Under the pieces are notes generated by a model. The model saw only the letters and a list, made by a program, of their open reading frames with translations, ran no database searches and was not told where the DNA came from. The translations under genes and the position numbers were made by a program. A stretch of DNA of 62,684 nucleotides, filler included. It is 4 parts of 4 records of this genome, joined end to end, with 100 filler letters (N's around TTAATTAATTAA, not from the genome) between each part and the next. Parts side by side here need not be neighbours in the genome. Positions count along the whole stretch, not along the records: positions 21,393 to 29,703 come from SRR22947727_837; positions 29,804 to 54,889 come from SRR22947727_839; 2 more parts are not named here. One strand, 5' to 3'. Of the stretch, positions 29,274 to 37,822 are shown one piece after another (position 1 is the stretch's first letter; every line of letters starts with the position of its first letter).

Positions 29274-29703
29274 ATGGCTTTTGAATTACCTCAATTAGAT
29301 TATGCTCACGACGCATTAGAACCTCATGTAGATGCGCGTACTATGGAAATTCACCACGGTAAACACCACCAAGGATACACGAATAATTTAAACGCTGCTA
29401 TTGCTGGTTCAGCAATGGAGGGTGCTTCTATTGAAACAATACTGGCAGATTTAGACCTCAATAATGGGGCGGTAAGAAACAATGGAGGTGGTTTTTATAA
29501 TCACAACCTTTTTTGGAAGTCTATGGCGCCAAATGGCGGCGGCACTCCAAGTGGAGATTTATCTGCTGCAATTGACGCTTCTTTTGGTTCTTTTGACGCT
29601 TTTAAAGAAACTTTCTCTAAAGCTGCAGCCACAAGATTTGGTTCTGGTTGGGCCTGGCTTTGTGTTCACAAAGGGGGTAAACTTGAAGTGTGTTCTACAC
29701 CAA
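29274..29703 (+). CDS. sod: Fe/Mn superoxide dismutase, 3' truncated
   Basis: [37 protein letters not shown]. Confidence 0.95.
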
Positions 29704-29803
29704 NNNNNNNNNNNNNNNNNNNNNNNNNNNNNNNNNNNNNNNNNNNNTTAATTAATTAANNNNNNNNNNNNNNNNNNNNNNNNNNNNNNNNNNNNNNNNN
29801 NNN
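29704..29803. other. Artificial contig spacer
   Basis: N44-TTAATTAATTAA-N44. Confidence 0.97.
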
Positions 29804-30302
29804 GATCTATGTCACCCATGATCAGGTTGAGGCCATGACACTGGCCGATAAGATCGTCGTTCTGCGGGGTGGGGTGGTTGAACAGGTCGGCGCACCAATG
29901 GATCTTTACCGTGATCCGGACAATAAATTTGTGGCCGGGTTCATCGGCAGTCCGGCAATGAATTTCCTTTCAGCTATGGTGAAAGATGGTCTGGTGGATG
30001 TGCCTGGCTTGGAGACCTCGGTGGATCTGCCCGTCACCCTGCCGGCCGAGGGGACGGCGGTTGAAATTGGTCTGCGTCCTGAGCATTTAACCCTTGATCC
30101 CATGGGCACCACCCATCGCATCGAGATGACCGAAAGCCTTGGTGGCGTCTCCTACGCCTATTTGAAAGGCACCTCCGGCGAGAAAATTGTTGTGGAAGAG
30201 CGCGGCGAAATCCGCTCAACGGAGGGCGATACTGTGGGGCTAATCCTTGACGCTGCCTCTGCCCGTCTGTTCGATGCGGCAAGTGAGACCCGTATTCGAT
30301 AG
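29804..30302 (+). CDS. Carbohydrate ABC transporter ATP-binding protein (MalK-like, TOBE domain), 5' truncated
   Basis: [37 protein letters not shown]. Confidence 0.92.
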
Positions 30303-30321
30303 GGCGCGCCGCGTTGGGGTG

Positions 30322-31089
30322 TTAAATTCCAAAGATCATCCGTAGGATGCCCCAGCTGGCCAGAGCCAGCAAAAGCAGAAGACAAAACGGCTTGTAAAAA
30401 TGCTCCCACCTGGGGATGAATGACAGCTGCCCCAGGATAACCCCAAGAGCCGCGGGTCCAGCCATGGCCAATCCGCGAGCTATGGCGGTTCGGTCCATTA
30501 GTCCAAAAGCCAGCAGGCTCAGCGCCGTCGTGACACTGCCCAGAAACAAAAATAACACCAAAGAGGCGCGCATCTCACGCGGTGGCGCATTTTGCGCTAG
30601 GACGTAAAGCGCCACAACCATGCCGCCAACACTCGCCAGGCCCGTGGCCACGCCGGCCATCCAGCCCGATCCGTAAAGCCCCCAGGTGCTCGCCAGAAAG
30701 CGCAATTGCACCCGGGCAAGCTGCAGGGCGGCGAGACTGGCGATGACCGCAAGCGCGATCAGCTTTGAGGTTTCCACATCCACCTGCGTTGTAAGGGCCA
30801 GACCAAAAGGCACGCCAATGGTTGACCCAATGGCCAGACCCAGCGCAACCTTGCGATTGGCCTCCCGCCAGCCGCCGCGCAGCATGAAAAGCGAGGCGGT
30901 CATCTCAAGCCACCAACAGACGGGGATCAGTTGGACCGGCGGCAGGATCAAGGCGCCGGATGCCATGACCATGGCTGACAGTGCAAAGCCCGAAAAGCCG
31001 CGCACCAGCCCAGCAATGAAGCAAATCAGACCGAGCAGTGCAAGGTGATCCGGCGGCAGGGCCAAGGCTGCTAAGACCGCTTGCATCAC
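30322..31089 (-). CDS. Sulfite exporter, TauE/SafE family
   Basis: AGLVRGFSGF; about 8 TM segments; overlaps the tauR stop. Confidence 0.88.
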   Translation of the reverse strand: MMQAVLAALALPPDHLALLGLICFIAGLVRGFSGFALSAMVMASGALILPPVQLIPVCWWLEMTASLFMLRGGWREANRKVALGLAIGSTIGVPFGLALTTQVDVETSKLIALAVIASLAALQLARVQLRFLASTWGLYGSGWMAGVATGLASVGGMVVALYVLAQNAPPREMRASLVLFLFLGSVTTALSLLAFGLMDRTAIARGLAMAGPAALGVILGQLSFIPRWEHFYKPFCLLLLLALASWGILRMIFGI

Positions 31090-32540
31090 GGGCGCATCTC
31101 GCTGGCAATTAGCGCCACGCCTTCTGCAATTTTCCGAACAGGAAGCGAGCTATAGGCCAATCGATAATAATTTTTCGGGGCATCTTGCTGGGTGAAAAAC
31201 GGCCGGCCCGGTTCGATCAAGACGCCCTTTCTGCGCAGCCGCTCTGCAACCTGCTCGGTGTCGACGTTGGCCGGGGCACGCATCCAAAAGGAGCTACCGC
31301 CAAAGGCGCCTTGCCCGGCAACGGTCAGGCCATTCTGGGCGAAGGCTTCCTCCATGGCCAGGCGCCGCGCATGAAATTCTGTGCCCATCCGGCGGATCAG
31401 CGCGTCGTAATGGCCGAGCGACAGGAAATAGGCCGCCGTGCGTTGAATATGGCCGGGCGGATGGCGTAGCACGGTTGAGCGCAGCGCGCGTGCCTCGCGG
31501 ATAAATGGCTTGGACCCCACCAAATAGCCAAGCCGCAACCCTGGAAATAGCGATTTAGAGAAACTACCAACATAGATCACCCGCCCCTCACGGTCCAAGG
31601 ATTTCAACGCTGGAGAGGGTGCTTTGAGAAAGGACATTTCGAATTCATAGTCATCCTCAACAATTAAAAAATCTTTCTCTGCCGCGCGAGTTAGGAGTGT
31701 CCGGCGGCGCTCCAGCGGCATTGTGGTGGCGGTCGGGCATTGGTGGGATGGGGTGGTGAAGACCACATCCACATCAGATGGCAAGGCATCCGGCGGCAGG
31801 CCTGCCGCATCCACCGCAACACTGGCCACTTGGCAGCGCGACTGGGTTAAAATATCGCGCAGCGATGGGTAGCAGGGGTTTTCCAATGCCGCTGTTCGTC
31901 TTTGGTTCAGCAGAACATTCGCAGTTAACCAAAGTGCATTCTGCGCCCCCATGGTGACCAAAACCTCATCTGGTTCGGCCCTGATTCCCCGGCGCGGCAG
32001 GGTGTGGCGCAGAATGAATTCGATCAGCTTTGGATCATCTCGATCGAAGTAATCACTGGTCAGCGCATCATAATCTTTCGAGCCCAGAGCTTGAAGTGCA
32101 CAGAGCCGCCAATTCGACCGATCAAACAGTGTTTCATCGGCTTGGCCGTAGATGAAGGGATATTTGTAACTGCCCCAATCGGAGGGTTTCGTAAGTGTCA
32201 CCCCGCCGGAAAACTTTTGACCAATGGCGCGGACCCAATCCACTTTGTCTTCGCGGGGCATGATGGGGAATTTTGGCGGCTGCGGTGCATTCGTGCTGAT
32301 ATAATAACCAGACCGACCGCGGCTCGTGAGATAATCATCGGCCAGAAGCTCTGTGTAGGCGAGGGTCACGGTGATCCGGCTCACCCCCAAATGGGCCGCC
32401 AATTTTCGGCTTGAAGGCATTTTTTCGCCAGCCCGAAACCTTCCGCTGAGAAGCGCTTCGGCGACCAGCTGTTGGATTTGGTTTTGCAGGGTGCCTTCCG
32501 CATCGGGCGGCAAAAAGAAAGTCTCTTCAGAAATCGCCAT
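31086..32540 (-). CDS. tauR: MocR/GabR family regulator (GntR HTH + aminotransferase domain), TauR
   Basis: PSSRKLAAHLGVSRITV; EDDY; GSFSKSLFPGLRLG; adjacent to tpa and tauABC. Confidence 0.9.
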   Translation of the reverse strand: MAISEETFFLPPDAEGTLQNQIQQLVAEALLSGRFRAGEKMPSSRKLAAHLGVSRITVTLAYTELLADDYLTSRGRSGYYISTNAPQPPKFPIMPREDKVDWVRAIGQKFSGGVTLTKPSDWGSYKYPFIYGQADETLFDRSNWRLCALQALGSKDYDALTSDYFDRDDPKLIEFILRHTLPRRGIRAEPDEVLVTMGAQNALWLTANVLLNQRRTAALENPCYPSLRDILTQSRCQVASVAVDAAGLPPDALPSDVDVVFTTPSHQCPTATTMPLERRRTLLTRAAEKDFLIVEDDYEFEMSFLKAPSPALKSLDREGRVIYVGSFSKSLFPGLRLGYLVGSKPFIREARALRSTVLRHPPGHIQRTAAYFLSLGHYDALIRRMGTEFHARRLAMEEAFAQNGLTVAGQGAFGGSSFWMRAPANVDTEQVAERLRRKGVLIEPGRPFFTQQDAPKNYYRLAYSSLPVRKIAEGVALIASEMRP

Positions 32541-32541
32541 T

Positions 32542-32574
32542 TTGGACCTAAACCTATATGACTTTTGGATCTAT
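32542..32574. promoter_or_regulatory. TauR-type direct repeat pair upstream of tauR
   Basis: TTGGACCTAA and TTGGATCTAT with a 23-nt period. Confidence 0.7.
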
Positions 32575-32645
32575 TGATGCCGAGTTTTCTGTAGCGGCGC
32601 AAGGTCTAGAAGTGGTGGCATGTTTGGAAATATTTGGTTGGGTAT

Positions 32646-32675
32646 AAAAAAGGCAAGGACAGGCCCTGCCTTTTT
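32646..32675 (-). terminator. Terminator after tpa
   Basis: aaaaaggcaagg-acagg-ccctgccttttt hairpin with A/T tracts. Confidence 0.7.
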
Positions 32676-32693
32676 AGTCTGGCTTTGGGAGGA

Positions 32694-34082
32694 TTAGCCA
32701 AAGACTCTGCTTAAGGCCTGATCTATTGCATCGGTGATGAGGTCGATATCTTCGGCTGTACAAATCAGCGCCGGTGACAGGCACAGAGTGTTGTTGAACC
32801 CTGGCAAGGAGCGGTTTGTCGCGCCGATGATGACGCCCTGCGCCATGCAGTCTTTGACCACCGCCTGCACTTTTGCTTCCGGTGCCGGTTCGCGAGTTTC
32901 GCGGTTCGTCACCAGCTCTGCGCCGCAGAACAAGCCTTTACCACGGACATCGCCAATGATGCTGTGCTTCTCAGCCAAGGCTTCGAGGTTCGCGATCAAT
33001 TGCGCTCCGCGGGCTGTGCAATTTTCAAGAAGGTTTTCATCCTCAATGATGCGCATGTTTTCCAGCGCTGCTGCCGGGCCTGCGGTGCATCCGCCGAAGG
33101 TGGAGATATCGCGGAAATATCCCATGTGATCGCTGGCATCCTTGAATTGCTCGAACACCTCTTCCGTGGTGACGGTCAATGAGATGGCCGCATAGCCTGA
33201 AGCAACACCCTTGGCCATTGTGACGATATCTGGCTTGATGTCGTAATGTTGATATCCAAACCAGGTGCCTGTGCGCCCAAGGCCGCAAACAACTTCGTCG
33301 ATCATCAACAAGACATCATATTTTTTGCAGATTTCTTGCACCCGTGGCCAGTAGCCTTCGGGGGGCACAATAACGCCGCCACCTGCTGTGATTGGCTCAA
33401 GGATCAAACCGCCAACGGTGTCGGGACCTTCGCGCAGGATGACATCTTCAATCGCATTTGCTGCGCGTAGACCGTAGCTTTCGCCTTGTCCGAGGTTGTC
33501 TTGCGCCGCTTCGCGATATTCAAGGCAATGAGGCACAGAAATGAAACCCTCAGGAAAGGGGCCATATTGGGCGCTGCGCTCATGCTGGCCACCGGCCGCC
33601 AAAGTCGCAATGGTGGTGCCGTGATAGTCGCGTTCGCGGTACAGAATTTTATTTTTCTTGCCACCATATTTCTTATGCGCGATTTGCCGGATCATCTTGA
33701 AGCCCTTTTCATTGGCCTCCGATCCTGAGTTTGAGAAATAGGCCCGGCCCATGCCTGGCATTTTTTCGATCAAGCGTTTGGCAAAATTGGCCGCAGGAAT
33801 CGAGCCAGCGGAGCCGGCAAAATAGTTCATCTTGACCAATTGATCGCGCACGGCATCGGCGATGCTCTCGCGGCCGTAGCCTACGTTGACGGTCCAAACC
33901 CCGCCGGAGACCGCATCCAGATGCTCCTTGCCGGCTTGATTCCAAACCCGCATGCCCTTGCCCTCGACAATGATATTGGGGTCAGCGGTTTCGAACATTT
34001 TATGTTGGATCAAGTGATGCCAAACATGGGCTTTGTCGTTGGCGACAACGTCACTCAAATCATTTTGCAGATTGCCGTCCAT
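32694..34082 (-). CDS. tpa: Taurine--pyruvate aminotransferase
   Basis: Class III aminotransferase motifs SGSEANE, DEVVCGLGRTG, TMAKG; Tpa-type HVWHHLIQHK; tau gene context. Confidence 0.92.
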   Translation of the reverse strand: MDGNLQNDLSDVVANDKAHVWHHLIQHKMFETADPNIIVEGKGMRVWNQAGKEHLDAVSGGVWTVNVGYGRESIADAVRDQLVKMNYFAGSAGSIPAANFAKRLIEKMPGMGRAYFSNSGSEANEKGFKMIRQIAHKKYGGKKNKILYRERDYHGTTIATLAAGGQHERSAQYGPFPEGFISVPHCLEYREAAQDNLGQGESYGLRAANAIEDVILREGPDTVGGLILEPITAGGGVIVPPEGYWPRVQEICKKYDVLLMIDEVVCGLGRTGTWFGYQHYDIKPDIVTMAKGVASGYAAISLTVTTEEVFEQFKDASDHMGYFRDISTFGGCTAGPAAALENMRIIEDENLLENCTARGAQLIANLEALAEKHSIIGDVRGKGLFCGAELVTNRETREPAPEAKVQAVVKDCMAQGVIIGATNRSLPGFNNTLCLSPALICTAEDIDLITDAIDQALSRVFG

Positions 34083-34170
34083 AGGCCACGCTCCTTTTTA
34101 GTTCTTATGGGATAGTCGGATTCTATAGTCCTGAGTTGACCGCTATCAGCGCAGAAAAGCCAGAGGAGAA

Positions 34171-34203
34171 ATAGGTCCAGATATATATCCTCTGTATGTC
34201 CAA
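34171..34203 (-). promoter_or_regulatory. TauR-type direct repeat pair upstream of tpa
   Basis: Minus strand TTGGACATAC and CTGGACCTAT with a 23-nt period. Confidence 0.7.
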
Positions 34204-34542
34204 AAAGCATTTCCTCTTGCTGCACGCGACGACTGTTTGCAGTGTTGCCCGGACGATGTCGTTGTGTTGGCGTGAAGATCGGCCGCGGCTCGTTGTGAAA
34301 CTGGGAGAGATCAAATCAAAAGCTGCGCAAGTTTGAGCGAATATTTCTCTGAATATTTTGAGTGATATCGCACAATTATTCAGAAAAAATTCAAGAATTT
34401 GCTTTGCGCGACTCTTATTTTATGGTTCGGTATACTCCTAAAGTCTGCCGTTTTTGACCGTGCAAGCCGGTCTCATCCTGGCGAGAATAGACGACGTAAA
34501 CAAGCTGGGCATTAAGCGCCAGCGCAACTGGGAGAAAATGAT

Positions 34543-35544
34543 ATGAAATTGAAAACTGCATTGAAGGGTGCTGTTGCTGGGGTAACTTTGGTGTCAGGCT
34601 CCGCTGCATTTGCGGGCGGGCATGGCGAGTTGAACGTTGCATATTTCCTTGAGTGGCCCATGCCATTCCAAGCTGCGAAAGTTTCTGGCGCCTATGACGC
34701 CGCTTTGGGCATGAAGGTAAACTGGGTTTCTTTCGACACAGGCACAGCAATGTCTGCGGCCATGGCCTCCGGTGATATTGATATTTCCGTGTCTCAAGGT
34801 GTGCCTCCTTTCGTAGTTGCAACATCTGCGGGTCAGGATCTGCAAATCGTTGATGTGGCTGTGTCCTATGCGGACAATGACAACTGTGTGGTCGCATCTG
34901 GCTTGGAAATCGACAAAAACTCTGCCGGCGAATTGGCTGGCAAGAAAGTTGCCGTGCCGTTGGGCACTGCGGCACATTACGGCTTCCTGAAGCAAATGGA
35001 GCATTTCGGCGTATCCCTTGATAGCTTGACTGTCGTGGACATGGCCCCTGCTGAAGGCCAAGCGGCCTTGGCACAAGGCGCTGTAGACATGGCTTGCGGC
35101 TGGGGCGGTGCGCTGCGCCGTATGAAAGAATCTGGCAACGTATTGCTGACCGGTGCAGAAAAAACTGAGCTGGGTATTTTGGTCTTTGATGTGACCACAG
35201 CACCTTCTGGTTTTGTCGCTGAAAATGCCGATGTTGTGGCAAAATTCTTGGCTGTGACAGCCGATGCCAATGCGGCATGGAATGCCTCTCAGCCTGAATT
35301 CATGGCCAATATGATCGCACAAGATGCGGGTATGAGCGTTGAAGATGCAAAAGGCTCCATGAGCACCTTTGTTTTCCCAGACATCGACACACAATTGTCT
35401 AAGTCTTGGCTCAGCGGCAACGCGCAGACCTTCATGAAAGGTGTGGCGGATGTCTTCGTGAACGCAGGTTCAATCGACAGCGCCAAAGACAGCTATGTTG
35501 ACAATGTAAACACAGGTCCTCTGGCAGCTGCCAAAGGCATGTAA
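34543..35544 (+). CDS. tauA: Taurine ABC transporter substrate-binding protein
   Basis: Signal peptide; YFLEWP; GKKVAVPLGTAAHY; gene context. Confidence 0.9.
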   Translation: MKLKTALKGAVAGVTLVSGSAAFAGGHGELNVAYFLEWPMPFQAAKVSGAYDAALGMKVNWVSFDTGTAMSAAMASGDIDISVSQGVPPFVVATSAGQDLQIVDVAVSYADNDNCVVASGLEIDKNSAGELAGKKVAVPLGTAAHYGFLKQMEHFGVSLDSLTVVDMAPAEGQAALAQGAVDMACGWGGALRRMKESGNVLLTGAEKTELGILVFDVTTAPSGFVAENADVVAKFLAVTADANAAWNASQPEFMANMIAQDAGMSVEDAKGSMSTFVFPDIDTQLSKSWLSGNAQTFMKGVADVFVNAGSIDSAKDSYVDNVNTGPLAAAKGM

Positions 35545-35553
35545 GTTTTAAAT

Positions 35554-35589
35554 GAGGTAGGCGGTTTCAGATCGCCTACCTCTCTTTTT
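35554..35589 (+). terminator. Hairpin/terminator after tauA
   Basis: gaggtaggcggt-ttcag-atcgcctacctc followed by tcttttt. Confidence 0.75.
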
Positions 35590-35665
35590 ACTGTGTGATT
35601 AGTCCGCGGGAATCCTCCGTTAACATGAGAGAAGGCCAACCATTTTGGCCAGATGGGAGCTTCAG

Positions 35666-36472
35666 GTGTCAGGCCTGCTTATTGACAATATTTCTATGCG
35701 CTTCGATTTGCCCAATGGGGGATCCGTACAAGCGCTCAAAAACGTAACCTTGGACATAAAATCTGGAGAATTGCTAAGTGTTCTTGGCCCATCAGGCTGT
35801 GGCAAAACCACATTGCTGAATATCGTGGCCGGATTCTTGGCGCCCACCGAAGGGCAGGTCGTTGTCAATGACCATGCGGTCGAGGGACCGGGTCCAGAAC
35901 GGGGTATGGTATTTCAGCAAGGCGCTTTGTTTGAATGGATGACGGTGCGGGAGAATGTTTCTTTCGGCCCAGACATGAAAAAGATGCCCCGCCAAGACAG
36001 CATGAAAATCGTAGATCGTCTGCTGGAAGTCGTGGGTTTGCAAGATTTCAAAGATAAGGCGGTTTATGAGCTGTCAGGCGGTATGCAGCAGCGTGTGGCT
36101 TTGGCTCGTTGTTTGGCCAATGAACCGGATGTGATTTTGATGGATGAGCCTTTGGGGGCTCTGGACGCTTTGACCCGCGAAAAGATGCAATCTTTGGTGT
36201 TGGATCTGTGGAAAGAGACCGGCAAGACGATTATTTTGATCACCCATTCGGTGGAAGAAGCACTGCTCTTGGGTGAGCGCCTTTTGGTTATGGCGCCGCG
36301 TCCGGGACGTATCCACAAAGAATATCGCCTGCCCTTTGCGGAAATGGGTGTTGGCGCGGATTTACGCGCGGTTAAGAAACATCCCGATTACGCCAAAACC
36401 CGTGAGGAGATTTTGGCGATGATTTGGGAAATGGAAGAAGAAATAATGGGCCGCACGGAGGAAAGCGCATGA
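35666..36472 (+). CDS. tauB: Taurine ABC transporter ATP-binding protein
   Basis: GPSGCGKT; LSGGMQQR; MDEP; ITH. Confidence 0.92.
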   Translation: MSGLLIDNISMRFDLPNGGSVQALKNVTLDIKSGELLSVLGPSGCGKTTLLNIVAGFLAPTEGQVVVNDHAVEGPGPERGMVFQQGALFEWMTVRENVSFGPDMKKMPRQDSMKIVDRLLEVVGLQDFKDKAVYELSGGMQQRVALARCLANEPDVILMDEPLGALDALTREKMQSLVLDLWKETGKTIILITHSVEEALLLGERLLVMAPRPGRIHKEYRLPFAEMGVGADLRAVKKHPDYAKTREEILAMIWEMEEEIMGRTEESA

Positions 36473-37779
36473 CCGGTTTGATCCTTCTTGCCGTATATAT
36501 CGCGATTTTTGCGGTTAGTATGGTGATTGTAGCTTGGGCCACAAAACGATTTTTTACCCGCGCTGATTTTACCTCACTCAAGACGGTGACCTTTGGCGAT
36601 GAAAGCGCTGTAAAGGCGAACCGGGCCGCGTCAGTGATTTCGGTTCTGGCGATTTTCGCCCTTTGGGTGGCTTTTACCAATTCATCCTTGCCTTTGTTCA
36701 AGGCCAAAGGTCCGTTCGAGGGTATGGTGGAATTCACCTATACCTCTACCTTGCCCGATGGACGCAGCGATGACGCAACCGTTTCCATTTTGGTCTATCC
36801 TGAAGATGTTCAGTTGACAGAAGATGCCAATGGAGCGCCAGGGAAAATTCCGAACAAACTTGACGTTGATCTCGGCGAAGGGTTCGCAAAGAACGATACA
36901 TTGGTCATCCCGCGTTATGGATCAAAGCTGATCTCTGTGTTCAAAAATGATGAGTTCAAAAAATCCGATGGGGCCATCGTGACCCATCTCAATGGACAGG
37001 CCCTCACAGCTGGTGAGCAGATTATCTTGTCCGAGGGACGCTTGGCGCTCACCGAAAAAGGCACACCGTTCTTCGAACCCTCCACTGGGTTTCGCATGGC
37101 GCGGCTCTATCTGCCTGCTCCGGAAGTGACGACGAACCGCTTTTTACAGCTGAATCGTGAAGGGTATCGCAATTTCACCCTGCTTGAGCATACTTGGGCC
37201 TCTTTGCAACGTGTGTTGCTTGGTTTTATCTTTGGCGCGCTTGTGGGTATTCCCCTCGGTTACGCCATGGGGCTGACCAATTGGGCGCGGGGCTGGTTTG
37301 ATCCGATTGTCGAATTTATGCGCCCTGTGCCGCCCTTGGCCTTGATCCCCTTGATGATTATTTGGTTCGGCATTGGTGAGACGTCCAAAGTGATCTTGCT
37401 CTTTCTTGCAGCGCTCTGGATCATGGCTATCGCGGCGCGCTCTGGCGTGTCCGGTGTGGCCATCGCCAAAGTGCATGCGGCCTATTCCTTGGGTGCCAAA
37501 AAATCGCAAATTTTGCGTAAGGTGATCATTCCAAACTCCCTGCCTGAGATTTTTACCGGCGCACGGGTGGCCATGGGCGTGTGTTGGGGCACGGTTGTGG
37601 CGGCTGAATTGGTGGCGGCGGAAAAAGGTCTTGGCATGATGATCATGGTCGCGGCTAAGTTTCAGCTGACAGATATCGTGATTGTGGGGATTATCCTCAT
37701 TGGTGTGATCGGTTTTGCCATCGACATTGGAATCCGCAAGCTTGAAGGCTGGCTGGTGCCTTGGAAAGGTAAAGTTTAA
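36469..37779 (+). CDS. tauC: Taurine ABC transporter permease with a large extramembrane insertion
   Basis: RPVPPLALIPL..WFGIGE; EAA-like AAYSLGA; VVAAEL; ATGA overlap with tauB. Confidence 0.9.
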   Translation: MTGLILLAVYIAIFAVSMVIVAWATKRFFTRADFTSLKTVTFGDESAVKANRAASVISVLAIFALWVAFTNSSLPLFKAKGPFEGMVEFTYTSTLPDGRSDDATVSILVYPEDVQLTEDANGAPGKIPNKLDVDLGEGFAKNDTLVIPRYGSKLISVFKNDEFKKSDGAIVTHLNGQALTAGEQIILSEGRLALTEKGTPFFEPSTGFRMARLYLPAPEVTTNRFLQLNREGYRNFTLLEHTWASLQRVLLGFIFGALVGIPLGYAMGLTNWARGWFDPIVEFMRPVPPLALIPLMIIWFGIGETSKVILLFLAALWIMAIAARSGVSGVAIAKVHAAYSLGAKKSQILRKVIIPNSLPEIFTGARVAMGVCWGTVVAAELVAAEKGLGMMIMVAAKFQLTDIVIVGIILIGVIGFAIDIGIRKLEGWLVPWKGKV

Positions 37780-37788
37780 GACCTTATC

Positions 37789-37814
37789 AAACGGGCCCTA
37801 TGGGCCCGTTTTTT
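37789..37814 (+). terminator. Terminator between tauC and the convergent oxidoreductase gene
   Basis: aaacgggccc-tat-gggcccgttt followed by ttt. Confidence 0.8.
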
Positions 37815-37822
37815 ATGCGGCT

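Noticed and set aside
34415..35394. Long antisense ORFs over tauA (also over xsc, soeA and 5174-5857)
   Set aside because: Shadow frames of well-supported genes, with no recognisable motifs.
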